A stretch of 64,000 nucleotides of DNA from the NCBI GenBank assembly GCA_965215005.1, contig CBDCCZ010000054.1:32001-96000 (forward strand), read 5' to 3'. A program made the position numbers and the translations under genes. Of this stretch, positions 51,783-61,030 are shown piece after piece. Numbering within the stretch: the first letter of the stretch is position 1; every line of letters begins with the position of its first letter. The notes beneath the pieces were generated by a model, which saw nothing but the letters and a program-made list of their open reading frames with translations, was not told the origin of the DNA and made no database searches. The DNA comes from Kofleriaceae bacterium (GTDB lineage Bacteria; Myxococcota_A; Polyangia; Haliangiales; Haliangiaceae).

Positions 51783-52280
51783 ATGTCGCCGCATCGTCTG
51801 GTCGTCGAGCGCCAGCAGTTCAAGTTTTCCTGTGCTCACATGACCGTTTTTCCTGACGGCAGCAAAGAGCGCTTGCACGGGCACAACTATCAGGTCGGAA
51901 TCGCCCTCGAGCTGCGCGAGGTGTCGTTTGCGACCATGATTCCCTTCGCCGACCTCAAGGCTGAGCTCGCAGCGCTGTGCGCGGAGTGGAAGGAGTACAC
52001 GTTCCTCGCCGCGAGAAACCCGTACTTCGAGCTCGTGCGTCATGACGACGACGAGGTGGAATTTCGCCTCTGCGGCAAGCGCTACGTGCTGCCTGTGGAA
52101 GACGTCAAGATCTTGCCGCTGGACAACATCTCGGTCGAGCGGCTTGCGGAGCACGTCGCTTCCCTGCTGATCGAGCGGACGCGTCGGGTGTTCGAGCGCG
52201 AGGTGGTTCTGGGCCTCGAGGTGACCGTCACGGAGAGCCCCGGGCAAGGCGCCAGCTGCTATCGACGGCTGCGCGAGTAG
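51783..52280 (+). CDS. 6-pyruvoyl-tetrahydropterin synthase family (PTPS-III type)
   Basis: FSCAH, ERLHGHNY, SVERLA, VTES. Confidence 0.85.
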   Translation: MSPHRLVVERQQFKFSCAHMTVFPDGSKERLHGHNYQVGIALELREVSFATMIPFADLKAELAALCAEWKEYTFLAARNPYFELVRHDDDEVEFRLCGKRYVLPVEDVKILPLDNISVERLAEHVASLLIERTRRVFEREVVLGLEVTVTESPGQGASCYRRLRE

Positions 52281-52429
52281 GTCGCTACGACCGGTGGATA
52301 GACCCCGACCTCAGTCCGCGACGCGAGGCCGGGGGAACTGCGACATCTTTGTCAGGGCGGGCCATCGGGAATATGAACGGGTCGCCAGACGTTGCGATTA
52401 GGACCACCCAGGGTCCTAAACGATCACCG

Positions 52430-52466
52430 AAAAATGCGAAAGCCCCCGGCCTGCTGACCGGAGGCT
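52430..52466 (-). terminator. Intrinsic terminator on the minus strand
   Basis: Minus strand AGCCTCCGG-tcagcagg-CCGGGGGCT-TTCGCATTTTT. The stem pairs fully (one G-U) only on this strand. Confidence 0.7.
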
Positions 52467-52589
52467 CTCACCCCCAACTCCACGGAAAGTCTAAGAAAAG
52501 GCGCTAACGAAGCTAGTTGAGTAAATCAGTCGAAGTGTAATGAGGGGGCAAAGGCGCGGGCCCGATCGATAGTCGCCCGCTGCCTGCCC
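52430..52589 (-). ncRNA. Putative sigma54-dependent small RNA (~160 nt)
   Basis: Lies between the sigma54 promoter (52599-52614) and the terminator; 5' stem starts at the predicted +1; no ATG-initiated ORF. Confidence 0.6.
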
Positions 52590-52598
52590 TAAGCCTAG

Positions 52599-52614
52599 AG
52601 CAAGGGACGGGCCA
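52599..52614 (-). promoter_or_regulatory. sigma54 -24/-12 promoter
   Basis: TGGCCCG-TCCC-TTGCT, one mismatch from TGGCACG-N4-TTGCW. Confidence 0.7.
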
Positions 52615-52752
52615 CACCTGCTACTCCTCGCAATCTCTTGTGTTTGTCGATCGCCCGTGTTACCGACGGGCTCTGCATGCCCGTCTGAATCGGCGTAGGT
52701 AGGACATCCGTGTCACGGCCGGGCGAGCAGGCGCAACTTTCTGCACAGCCCA

Positions 52753-54411
52753 ATGCCAGAGAACGTTCTTGTCGTGAATGCAGAGGGCCCCGAGACCCGC
52801 GTAGGCGTGGTCCACGAGGGCGTCCTCTCCGAGTACTTCGTCGAGCGCAAGCGCGAGCGAGGCATGGTCGGCAACATCTATCGCGGTCGCGTGACGCGAG
52901 TGTTACCGGGCATGCAAGCCGCCTTTGTGGATCTCGGCCCCACCGTTGAACGCGCCGCGTTCCTGTACGTCGCCGATGTGCTGGGCGCCGCTGACGAGAA
53001 GAAGCACCTCACTGAGGATAGCGACGACTCCAGCGACGACTCCCCCGAGGGCACCGCCTCGCGCATCGTGCGGTCGCGCAAACGCGATGAGAACCGCAAG
53101 ATCGAGGACTTGCTCAAGCCCGGCCAGACGGTGCTCGTGCAGATCGTTAAAGATCCCATCGGTCCCAAAGGCGCGCGGGTTACCGGATATCTGTCGCTGC
53201 CGGGGCGCTACTCGGTGTTCATGCCGGCGATCGACCACATCGGGGTCTCGCGTCGCATCGCCGCGGATGCCGAGCGCAAGCGACTGCGCGACATCGTGAG
53301 GGAGGTCAAGCCCAAGGGCGCCGGGTTCATCTTGCGTACCGCCGCCGAAGCCACCGCCGATGACGAGATTCGCGACGATGTGACCTACTTGGTGCGCCTA
53401 TGGGAAGAGATCATGCGGCGCGAGAAGACCACCAAAGGTCCTGGTCTGGTCTACGCAGATCTCGATTTGGTGCTGCGGACGGTGCGGGATCTTCTGCGGC
53501 ACGACACCACGCACATCTATATCGATGATCCCGACCAGTACGACCGCGCGAAGAAGTTCACGTCGGCGTTCTTGCCGCGCTATGCCGATCGCATCCAGCA
53601 CTACGATGGCCGGCAGGCCATCTTCGATCACTTCGGCATCGAGGCCGAGCTGCGCAGCGCTTCGTCGCGCCGCGTACCGCTCAAATCGGGCGGCTCGTTG
53701 GTGATCGACCAAGGCGAGGCCCTCACCGCGATCGACGTCAACACCGGCAGCTTCGTCGGCAAAGACGATCTCGAGCAGACGGTCACCAAGAACAATCTCG
53801 AAGCCTGCAAAGAGGTCGCTCGTCAGCTTCGGCTGCGCAACATCGGCGGCATCATCGTGATCGACTTCGTCGACATGGACAAAGAGGCCAATCGCAAGAA
53901 GGTCTGGGACGCCTTCAACAAGGCGCTCGAGGGCGACCGCTCGCGCTGCAACGTCACCAAGATCAGCGAGCTCGGGCTGGTAGAAATGACCCGCAAGCGG
54001 ACGCGTGAGTCGCTGTTGCAGCTGCTCACCGAGCCGTGCGCGGCGTGTGATGGCGCTGGCGTGGTCAAGAGCACCACCACGGCGGCGTACGAGATCCTGC
54101 GCGAGGTGCGGCGGCTCGGCAACACCGCCCCGGCGGACGAGATCGACGTCGAGTGCGCGCCACGGGTGGCGGAGCTGCTGCGCAAGTTCGAACGCGATTA
54201 CCTCGACGAGCTCGAGAAGAAGTTCCAAAAGAAGATCGAGATCAAGGGCAACGCGTCGATGCGCGCCGGGCAGTTCAAAGTGGCGGGCCGCGGTGGCGAC
54301 ACCAACGCCGTCGAGCTCGCTGGCGGCAATGGCAAGGCCGGTCGCCGTCGCTCGAGCCGCGGCGGCCGTAAGCGCGGCAAGCCCAAAGACAGCGAAACGC
54401 CAACCAGCTGA
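52753..54411 (+). CDS. rng: Rne/Rng family ribonuclease (RNase G-like length)
   Basis: GNIYRGRV..VLPGMQAAFVD, AIDVNTG, RLRNIGGIIVIDFVDM, EMTRKR, CxxCxG. Confidence 0.93.
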   Translation: MPENVLVVNAEGPETRVGVVHEGVLSEYFVERKRERGMVGNIYRGRVTRVLPGMQAAFVDLGPTVERAAFLYVADVLGAADEKKHLTEDSDDSSDDSPEGTASRIVRSRKRDENRKIEDLLKPGQTVLVQIVKDPIGPKGARVTGYLSLPGRYSVFMPAIDHIGVSRRIAADAERKRLRDIVREVKPKGAGFILRTAAEATADDEIRDDVTYLVRLWEEIMRREKTTKGPGLVYADLDLVLRTVRDLLRHDTTHIYIDDPDQYDRAKKFTSAFLPRYADRIQHYDGRQAIFDHFGIEAELRSASSRRVPLKSGGSLVIDQGEALTAIDVNTGSFVGKDDLEQTVTKNNLEACKEVARQLRLRNIGGIIVIDFVDMDKEANRKKVWDAFNKALEGDRSRCNVTKISELGLVEMTRKRTRESLLQLLTEPCAACDGAGVVKSTTTAAYEILREVRRLGNTAPADEIDVECAPRVAELLRKFERDYLDELEKKFQKKIEIKGNASMRAGQFKVAGRGGDTNAVELAGGNGKAGRRRSSRGGRKRGKPKDSETPTS

Positions 54412-54421
54412 GCACGACGTC

Positions 54422-54448
54422 GTCGAGGGCCCGCCTGCGGCCCTCGAC
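54422..54448 (+). terminator. Hairpin after rng
   Basis: GTCGAGGGCC-N7-GGCCCTCGAC; no U-tract. Confidence 0.4.
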
Positions 54449-54619
54449 TCATCGGTGATTCGGCGCTAGCCCGCCGGTCAGCCGTGTCGTCGGCTCCGCG
54501 GCCAAGGCATTGCGTGTTGCCACGGAGAGACTGGCCGGCCAGAGCCACGCCCGCAGTGCTGCCGCTGGCGCTGGTGTCGGCTACACTGCTGCCGCGCCTT
54601 TGGGGCGCTTGCATTCGCC

Positions 54620-55255
54620 ATGAGCTACACCCGCCGGATCATCGAGACCGCCCGCGACGGGCTCAACACGTTGATGGCGCGCGTTGCCGCCGACGACACG
54701 CCGCTCTCCCACGTGCATGCAGAAGAGCTCCACGGTGAGCTCAGTGACCGCAAAGCGGCTCGCGATGCATCGGGTAAAGGACCGCTGGACAACCCTCGCG
54801 CTAAGCTCGCTGGCGCCTCGGAAGCGGCGCAGCGGCAGCGGCAAAAGATGGCTGCAGACCGCGAAGCGCGGATTCTCGGGGCGCGCCGCAAGCAGCAGGA
54901 AGCCCAGCAACGCGCCCAGGACGCTGCCTTTCGCGAGGCGCAAGAGCGGGCGCGGCGGCAGACCCGCTCCAGCAGCAATACCAGCGCCGGCTCTCAGCAG
55001 TCCAGTGGTAGCCGTCGCACCCAAGGCTTTCCGTTCGGCCGGCACGACGAGAAGCTCGCGCAGTACTACAAGGTGCTCGACCTAGCTCCGGGCGCCAGCT
55101 TCGATGAAGTTAAGCAGGCCTATCGGAAGGCGATGCGCAAGTATCATCCCGATCGTCACGCTGGAAATCCCAAGAAGCAGAAGGCGGCCACCGAGCTCAC
55201 GATGCGCGTGACTCAGGCCTACAACGAGCTCGAGCAACATTTGAAAAAGCGCTAG
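54620..55255 (+). CDS. J-domain protein (C-terminal J domain)
   Basis: YYKVLDL...YRKAMRKYHPDR...AYNEL. Confidence 0.9.
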   Translation: MSYTRRIIETARDGLNTLMARVAADDTPLSHVHAEELHGELSDRKAARDASGKGPLDNPRAKLAGASEAAQRQRQKMAADREARILGARRKQQEAQQRAQDAAFREAQERARRQTRSSSNTSAGSQQSSGSRRTQGFPFGRHDEKLAQYYKVLDLAPGASFDEVKQAYRKAMRKYHPDRHAGNPKKQKAATELTMRVTQAYNELEQHLKKR

Positions 55256-55286
55256 TGGTTCACGGCGGAAGTCGTGAACCGCTAGC
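55251..55286. terminator. 16-bp hairpin with GGAA loop between convergent genes
   Basis: GCTAGTGGTTCACGGC-GGAA-GTCGTGAACCGCTAGC; U-tract follows on the minus strand. Confidence 0.6.
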
Positions 55287-55495
55287 AAAGCAACAATCGC
55301 TTGGGGAGACGCCGAAGGGGGCGCGTGAGTAGCGGAAATCTGCCGCCCTTGCCCGCATCGGCGCGGCGGATCTCTGCGTCATGAGTCCCGCGGTGGCGTA
55401 CTCTAGTCCGAGTGCGACAGCGCTAGAATCATCAGGTTTGGAGCGCGCTCTGCGCTCGCCGTTGCACTCACTGCGGTGAACGTTGCCGCGGTGTT

Positions 55496-56122
55496 CTACG
55501 AGCCAGGAATCAGGTCGAGGTGGTCGGCGGGGGCGATCTTGCCGCGGAGTGCGCGATACTCGCCTCCCCACTGCTCGACGATGAGCGTATCGTCGTCGGT
55601 GCCGTTGTAAAGCCACCAGCGGCAGCGCTCGACGGTATCGGGGCGCGTGGTCTTGGCGCCGGCCAAGGTGCCGATCTCGCCGCTGAGGCGGACGGTCGCA
55701 GTGCCGCGCTTCTCGAGGTTGTAGCGCTTGTTCTCTGCCAGAATGGTTTCGGGTGGATATCCCGCGAGCTCGAGCTGCGAGTCTTCCGTGAGCATGCGCG
55801 CTTGCAGCTGCCCGAGCCGCTCGATACCGATGATCATCCAGCGCGCGTCGGCGCCATCGGTGAGCTTGCCGCCGATCCACGTGTGGCCATCCTCGTCGTA
55901 GCCGAGCACGCCTTCGACCAAGAAGTCTTTGCCATCGTAGGTCACCACGTCGCCGACCCGGAGCTCACGCAGACCCCGCTCGATCATAGAGGCGCCGGGC
56001 AGCGCTTTGGGCGCGGGCCGACCTTCGAGGGCGCGCTGCCGTCGGCCCAGCGCCAAACCGGCGCCCACCGCGGTCGCGGCGCCAGCGACCACGAGCAGAG
56101 TAATGATGAGGGCCGTGAACAT
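55496..56122 (-). CDS. DUF4178-like protein with N-terminal TM
   Basis: LRVGDVVTY..DFLVEG, Y..EKRGTA, VEQWG. Confidence 0.7.
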   Translation of the reverse strand: MFTALIITLLVVAGAATAVGAGLALGRRQRALEGRPAPKALPGASMIERGLRELRVGDVVTYDGKDFLVEGVLGYDEDGHTWIGGKLTDGADARWMIIGIERLGQLQARMLTEDSQLELAGYPPETILAENKRYNLEKRGTATVRLSGEIGTLAGAKTTRPDTVERCRWWLYNGTDDDTLIVEQWGGEYRALRGKIAPADHLDLIPGS

Positions 56123-56300
56123 GATGGGCGAGGCATTGTGCCGACCGCGAGTGCAGTGGTCAAACGCTAACGCAGCGCGGCAAGATTGTTGGCTTTTGGC
56201 TCCGCGGGATCGCTTGACACCCCGCCGGTGATCTCAGTACACGGTCAATGCGCTCCGTCCCGGTTCCCCGGCGTGGTGCGCAAGATCCAGGAGGAGCGAC

Positions 56301-57413
56301 ATGGTAGCCGTTCAAGTTCAATCCGAAGAAATGCGTCGCGTCCTCGACGACGAAGGCAAGGTCCTCCCCGGCGCCAAGCCGCCCGCGATTCCCGAAGACG
56401 ACCTCGTTCGCATCTTCGACACGATGATGATGGTGCGCGTCATGGACGACCGCATGATGCGCCTGCAGCGACAGGGCCGGCTCGGCTTTTATATGAAGTC
56501 GATCGGCGAAGAGGCGAGCCACTTTGCCGTCTACCCGCTGCGCCAGAGCGACTGGGTGTTTCCGAGTTATCGCGAGCCGGGCGCGTTCTTCTGGCGCGGT
56601 TACACCATCGAGACCTTCATCAATCAGTTGTTCGGCAACGTTCGTGATCCCATCAAGGGTCGGCAGATGCCGGTGCATCACAGCTTTCGCGAAGGCAATG
56701 TCGTCTCGATTAGCTCTCCGGTTGGTACGCAGATTCCGCAGGCCGTGGGTGCCGCGCAAGCCGCCAAGATCTCCGGCACCGACGATGTTGCGGTGACCTA
56801 CTTCGGCGAGGGCACCTCGTCTACTGGCGAGTTCCACGTCGCGATGAACTTCGCCGGCGTATGGAAGGCGCCGGTTGTGTTCATCTGTCGCAATAACGGC
56901 TGGGCCATCTCGGTGCCGCTCGAGAAGCAGACCGCTGCCAAGAGCTTTGCTTCCAAGGGCGTTGGCTACGGCATGCCGGGCGTGCTCGTCGATGGCAACG
57001 ACGTGCTGGCCGTGATTGCGGCCTCCAATGAAGCCGTCGAGCGCGCTCGTGCGGGCGACGGCCCAACGCTCATTGAAGCGCGCACCTATCGCGTGCAGGG
57101 ACACTCGAGCTCCGACGATCCGTCGGTGTATCGAGATGCCAACGAGCCGGCGATTTGGGAGCGAAAAGATCCGCTCAAGCGGTTTCGCAACTATCTCAAG
57201 AGTAAAGACGTCTGGTCCGAAGAGCTCGAGAGCTCGATCGTCGAGAAGCACAATCAGGCGATTACCGACGCACTGGCGCAAGCCGAAGAGCTCGGCCCGC
57301 CGCCCCTGGAGACGCTGTTTGACGACGTCTACGAGCACACCACCTGGAACCTTGACGAGCAGCGCGAGTGGTTGCTCGCTCAGGACCGCGTCAAGTCCCC
57401 CCACAGCCACTGA
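56301..57413 (+). CDS. pdhA: 2-oxoacid dehydrogenase E1 alpha (copy 1)
   Basis: RQGRLGFY, GRQMPVH, GEG...NN ThDP motif, HSSSDDP. Confidence 0.9.
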   Translation: MVAVQVQSEEMRRVLDDEGKVLPGAKPPAIPEDDLVRIFDTMMMVRVMDDRMMRLQRQGRLGFYMKSIGEEASHFAVYPLRQSDWVFPSYREPGAFFWRGYTIETFINQLFGNVRDPIKGRQMPVHHSFREGNVVSISSPVGTQIPQAVGAAQAAKISGTDDVAVTYFGEGTSSTGEFHVAMNFAGVWKAPVVFICRNNGWAISVPLEKQTAAKSFASKGVGYGMPGVLVDGNDVLAVIAASNEAVERARAGDGPTLIEARTYRVQGHSSSDDPSVYRDANEPAIWERKDPLKRFRNYLKSKDVWSEELESSIVEKHNQAITDALAQAEELGPPPLETLFDDVYEHTTWNLDEQREWLLAQDRVKSPHSH

Positions 57414-57506
57414 CCTCGCACTGCGGCTCGTCCGCGCCGCGCGCGTGCGAGCCGAGTAGCGAGTGCTGCGCCGCTTAGACCGCCGCCGGAAACTCAGGAG
57501 CAATCG

Positions 57507-58481
<975 letters not shown>

Positions 58482-58483
58482 CC

Positions 58484-59842
58484 ATGTCGTTCAACTTCCA
58501 TCTGCCCGACATCGGGGAAGGCGTCGTCGAGGGCGAGATCGTGAGCTGGAAGGTCGCGGTTGGCGATCCGATTGCCCTCGATCAGCCCATGGTCGAGGTC
58601 ATGACCGACAAGGCCACGGTCGAGATTCCCGCGCCGCGGGCTGGCACGATCAAACAGATCAACTTCAAAGAGGGCGAAATCTGCCCGGTGGGCGACGTGC
58701 TCGTCGTCATCGAAGAAGCGGGTGGCAAGGCCGCGGGTGGCAAGGCAGTAGCGCCACCGCAGGCGCCGCCGGCCAGCAAGAACGGCAACGGCGCCCATGC
58801 TCCTATGGCGGCGGGTGCCACGAAGGCCGAGCTGCCCACGCCGCCGCGCCAGGACCGCGCTAAGAACCAGCCAATGGCAACTGCTTCGGCCTCGCTCGTC
58901 GATGTCTCGGCGGACCGCCAACGGGTCAAGGCAACGCCGGCAACGCGCCGGTTAGCGCGGCAGATGAGCGTCGACATCACCACGGTCCCCGCGACCGGCA
59001 AACACGGTCGAGTCACCTCTGACGACGTTCGTGGGTTCGCCGAAAACGGCGGCTCGAGCGCCGGTCAAAGCGCCCGCGCTAACGGCGCCGGCTCGGCGCA
59101 AAGTCGAGCATTCGAGCCGCTGCGCATCGAGGACACCGGCGCCGAAGAGCGGGTGCCGCTGCGCGGAATGCGCAAGCGCATCGCCGAGAACATGACCAGG
59201 TCGGTGTTTACCGCCACGCACTTCACCTACGTCGAGGAGGTCGATATGACCGAGCTCGTCGAGGTGCGCGAGCGTGCCAAGAGCCGCGCGCAGGCGCGCG
59301 ATATCAAGCTCACCTATCTGCCGTTCATCGTCAAAGCGATCGTCTCGAACCTGCGCAAGTGGCCGCAGCTCAACGCCTCGCTCGACGAGTCGACCCAGGA
59401 GATCGTTCTCAAAAAGTATTATCACATCGGCATCGCCGCGCAGGGGCCGCAGGGGCTGGCGGTGAGTGTCCTGCGCGACGCTGATCGCCGCTCAATCTTT
59501 GATTTGGCGCAAGAGATTCAGCGGCTCGGCGACGCGGTGCGAACCGGCACCGCCTCACGCGAGGAGCTTACTGGCTCGACCTTCACGATCACCTCCCTCG
59601 GCAAGCTTGGCGGGGTGCTGGCGACGCCGATCATCAACTTCCCCGAGGTGGGAATCGTTGGTGTGCACAAGATGGAGCAGAAGCCCGCCATTCGCGACGG
59701 CGAGATCGTTGCGCGCTGGCTGATGAATCTCTCTATCTCACTCGATCATCGGTTGGTCGACGGCTGGGATGGCGCGATGTTCTTGCAGGACGTCAAGTCG
59801 TTCCTCGAAGACCCCACCACCATGTTCTTGGAGATGGTGTAA
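58484..59842 (+). CDS. pdhC: Dihydrolipoamide acyltransferase E2
   Basis: Single lipoyl domain (TDKA), E3-binding ATPATRRLA, DHRLVDG. Confidence 0.92.
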   Translation: MSFNFHLPDIGEGVVEGEIVSWKVAVGDPIALDQPMVEVMTDKATVEIPAPRAGTIKQINFKEGEICPVGDVLVVIEEAGGKAAGGKAVAPPQAPPASKNGNGAHAPMAAGATKAELPTPPRQDRAKNQPMATASASLVDVSADRQRVKATPATRRLARQMSVDITTVPATGKHGRVTSDDVRGFAENGGSSAGQSARANGAGSAQSRAFEPLRIEDTGAEERVPLRGMRKRIAENMTRSVFTATHFTYVEEVDMTELVEVRERAKSRAQARDIKLTYLPFIVKAIVSNLRKWPQLNASLDESTQEIVLKKYYHIGIAAQGPQGLAVSVLRDADRRSIFDLAQEIQRLGDAVRTGTASREELTGSTFTITSLGKLGGVLATPIINFPEVGIVGVHKMEQKPAIRDGEIVARWLMNLSISLDHRLVDGWDGAMFLQDVKSFLEDPTTMFLEMV

Positions 59843-61030
59843 ATGGCGGCGCCGACGGTCGCGAGTGGCAAGGGCAAGCCGGCAGCGCGCCCGGCGGCGC
59901 GACGCGGCGCCTTCGCGTATTTCGACAAGAGCCCTGAGGACAAGGCACGCGGGCTGTTTCAGCTCATCGACGAGGATGGTCACGCCAAAGCGGCCGATGT
60001 CGCCGGGGTGAGTGAAACGCTCGCGATGCGTCTCTATCGCGGCATGCTCACCATTCGCGTCACCGACGCTCGAATGATGGCGCTGCAGCGGCAGGGGCGC
60101 ATTGGCTTCTACGGTGAGGCGCTCGGGCAAGAGGCCGCCGTGGTCGGTTCCGCGGCGGCTTCCACGCCCGAAGACTGGATCGTCCCGGCGCTACGCGAGG
60201 CGGGCGTTGGCCTTCTGCGCGGAATGTCCCTTGGCGGCTACATTGCGCAGATCTATGGCAACGGCAACGACGTCACCAAGGGCCGGCAGATGCCCTGCCA
60301 TCCCTGCGATCGCCCAAGCAACTACGTGGTGATGTCATCGTGCGTGTCCACGCAAATTCCCCATGCGGTTGGCATCGCGATGGCCATGAAGCTCTCTGGT
60401 GACGGCGGCAAATGTTGCTTTGGCTACATGGGCGATGGCGGCACCAGCGAAGGCGATTTCCACGTCGCGCTCAACTTCGCAGGCGTGACTGCAGCGCCTG
60501 CGGTGCTGATCTGTCAGAACAACCAATGGGCCATCTCTACGCCGGGCACGGCACAAACCGCGGCTCCGACCATCGCCGTTAAGGGGCTTGGCTATGGCGT
60601 CGAGTCTCTACGTGCAGACGGCAACGACGTGCTCGCGGTTTACGAAGTTTGCAAATACGCTGCAGAGCGCGCTCGACGGGGCGACGGGCCTTCGTTCATC
60701 GAGCTCCTCACCTATCGCGTGAGCGCGCACTCCTCGTCAGATGATCCCTCACGCTATCGCGATGAGACGGTCACGGATGTGTGGAAGCGCAAGCGCGACC
60801 CGCTGGCTAGGCTGCACGCGTTCATGCAAGCTCGCGGATGGATCGATGACAAGCGGCGCGATGAGATGGCCGCTGAGCTCGAGCGCGAGGTGCGCAGCGT
60901 GATCGATTCGCAAGAGAGTGCTGGCAAGCCACCGCTCTCCTCCCTCATCGAAGATGTTTACGAAGAGCCAACTTGGCTGTTGCGCGAGCAGATGGACGAG
61001 CTCGTCCGCTCGCTAGAGGAGAATGACTAA
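59843..61030 (+). CDS. 2-oxoacid dehydrogenase E1 alpha (copy 2)
   Basis: RQGRIGFY, GRQMPCH, GDG...NN, HSSSDDP. Confidence 0.9.
   Translation: MAAPTVASGKGKPAARPAARRGAFAYFDKSPEDKARGLFQLIDEDGHAKAADVAGVSETLAMRLYRGMLTIRVTDARMMALQRQGRIGFYGEALGQEAAVVGSAAASTPEDWIVPALREAGVGLLRGMSLGGYIAQIYGNGNDVTKGRQMPCHPCDRPSNYVVMSSCVSTQIPHAVGIAMAMKLSGDGGKCCFGYMGDGGTSEGDFHVALNFAGVTAAPAVLICQNNQWAISTPGTAQTAAPTIAVKGLGYGVESLRADGNDVLAVYEVCKYAAERARRGDGPSFIELLTYRVSAHSSSDDPSRYRDETVTDVWKRKRDPLARLHAFMQARGWIDDKRRDEMAAELEREVRSVIDSQESAGKPPLSSLIEDVYEEPTWLLREQMDELVRSLEEND

Noticed and set aside
52281..52752. RNase P RNA, tmRNA, 6S RNA or a preQ1 riboswitch in the gap before rng
   Set aside because: GGAAAGTC lacks the RNase P GAGGAAAGUCC context; there are no tRNA-like tmRNA ends and no long 6S-type duplex; the gap is downstream, not upstream, of the PTPS gene.
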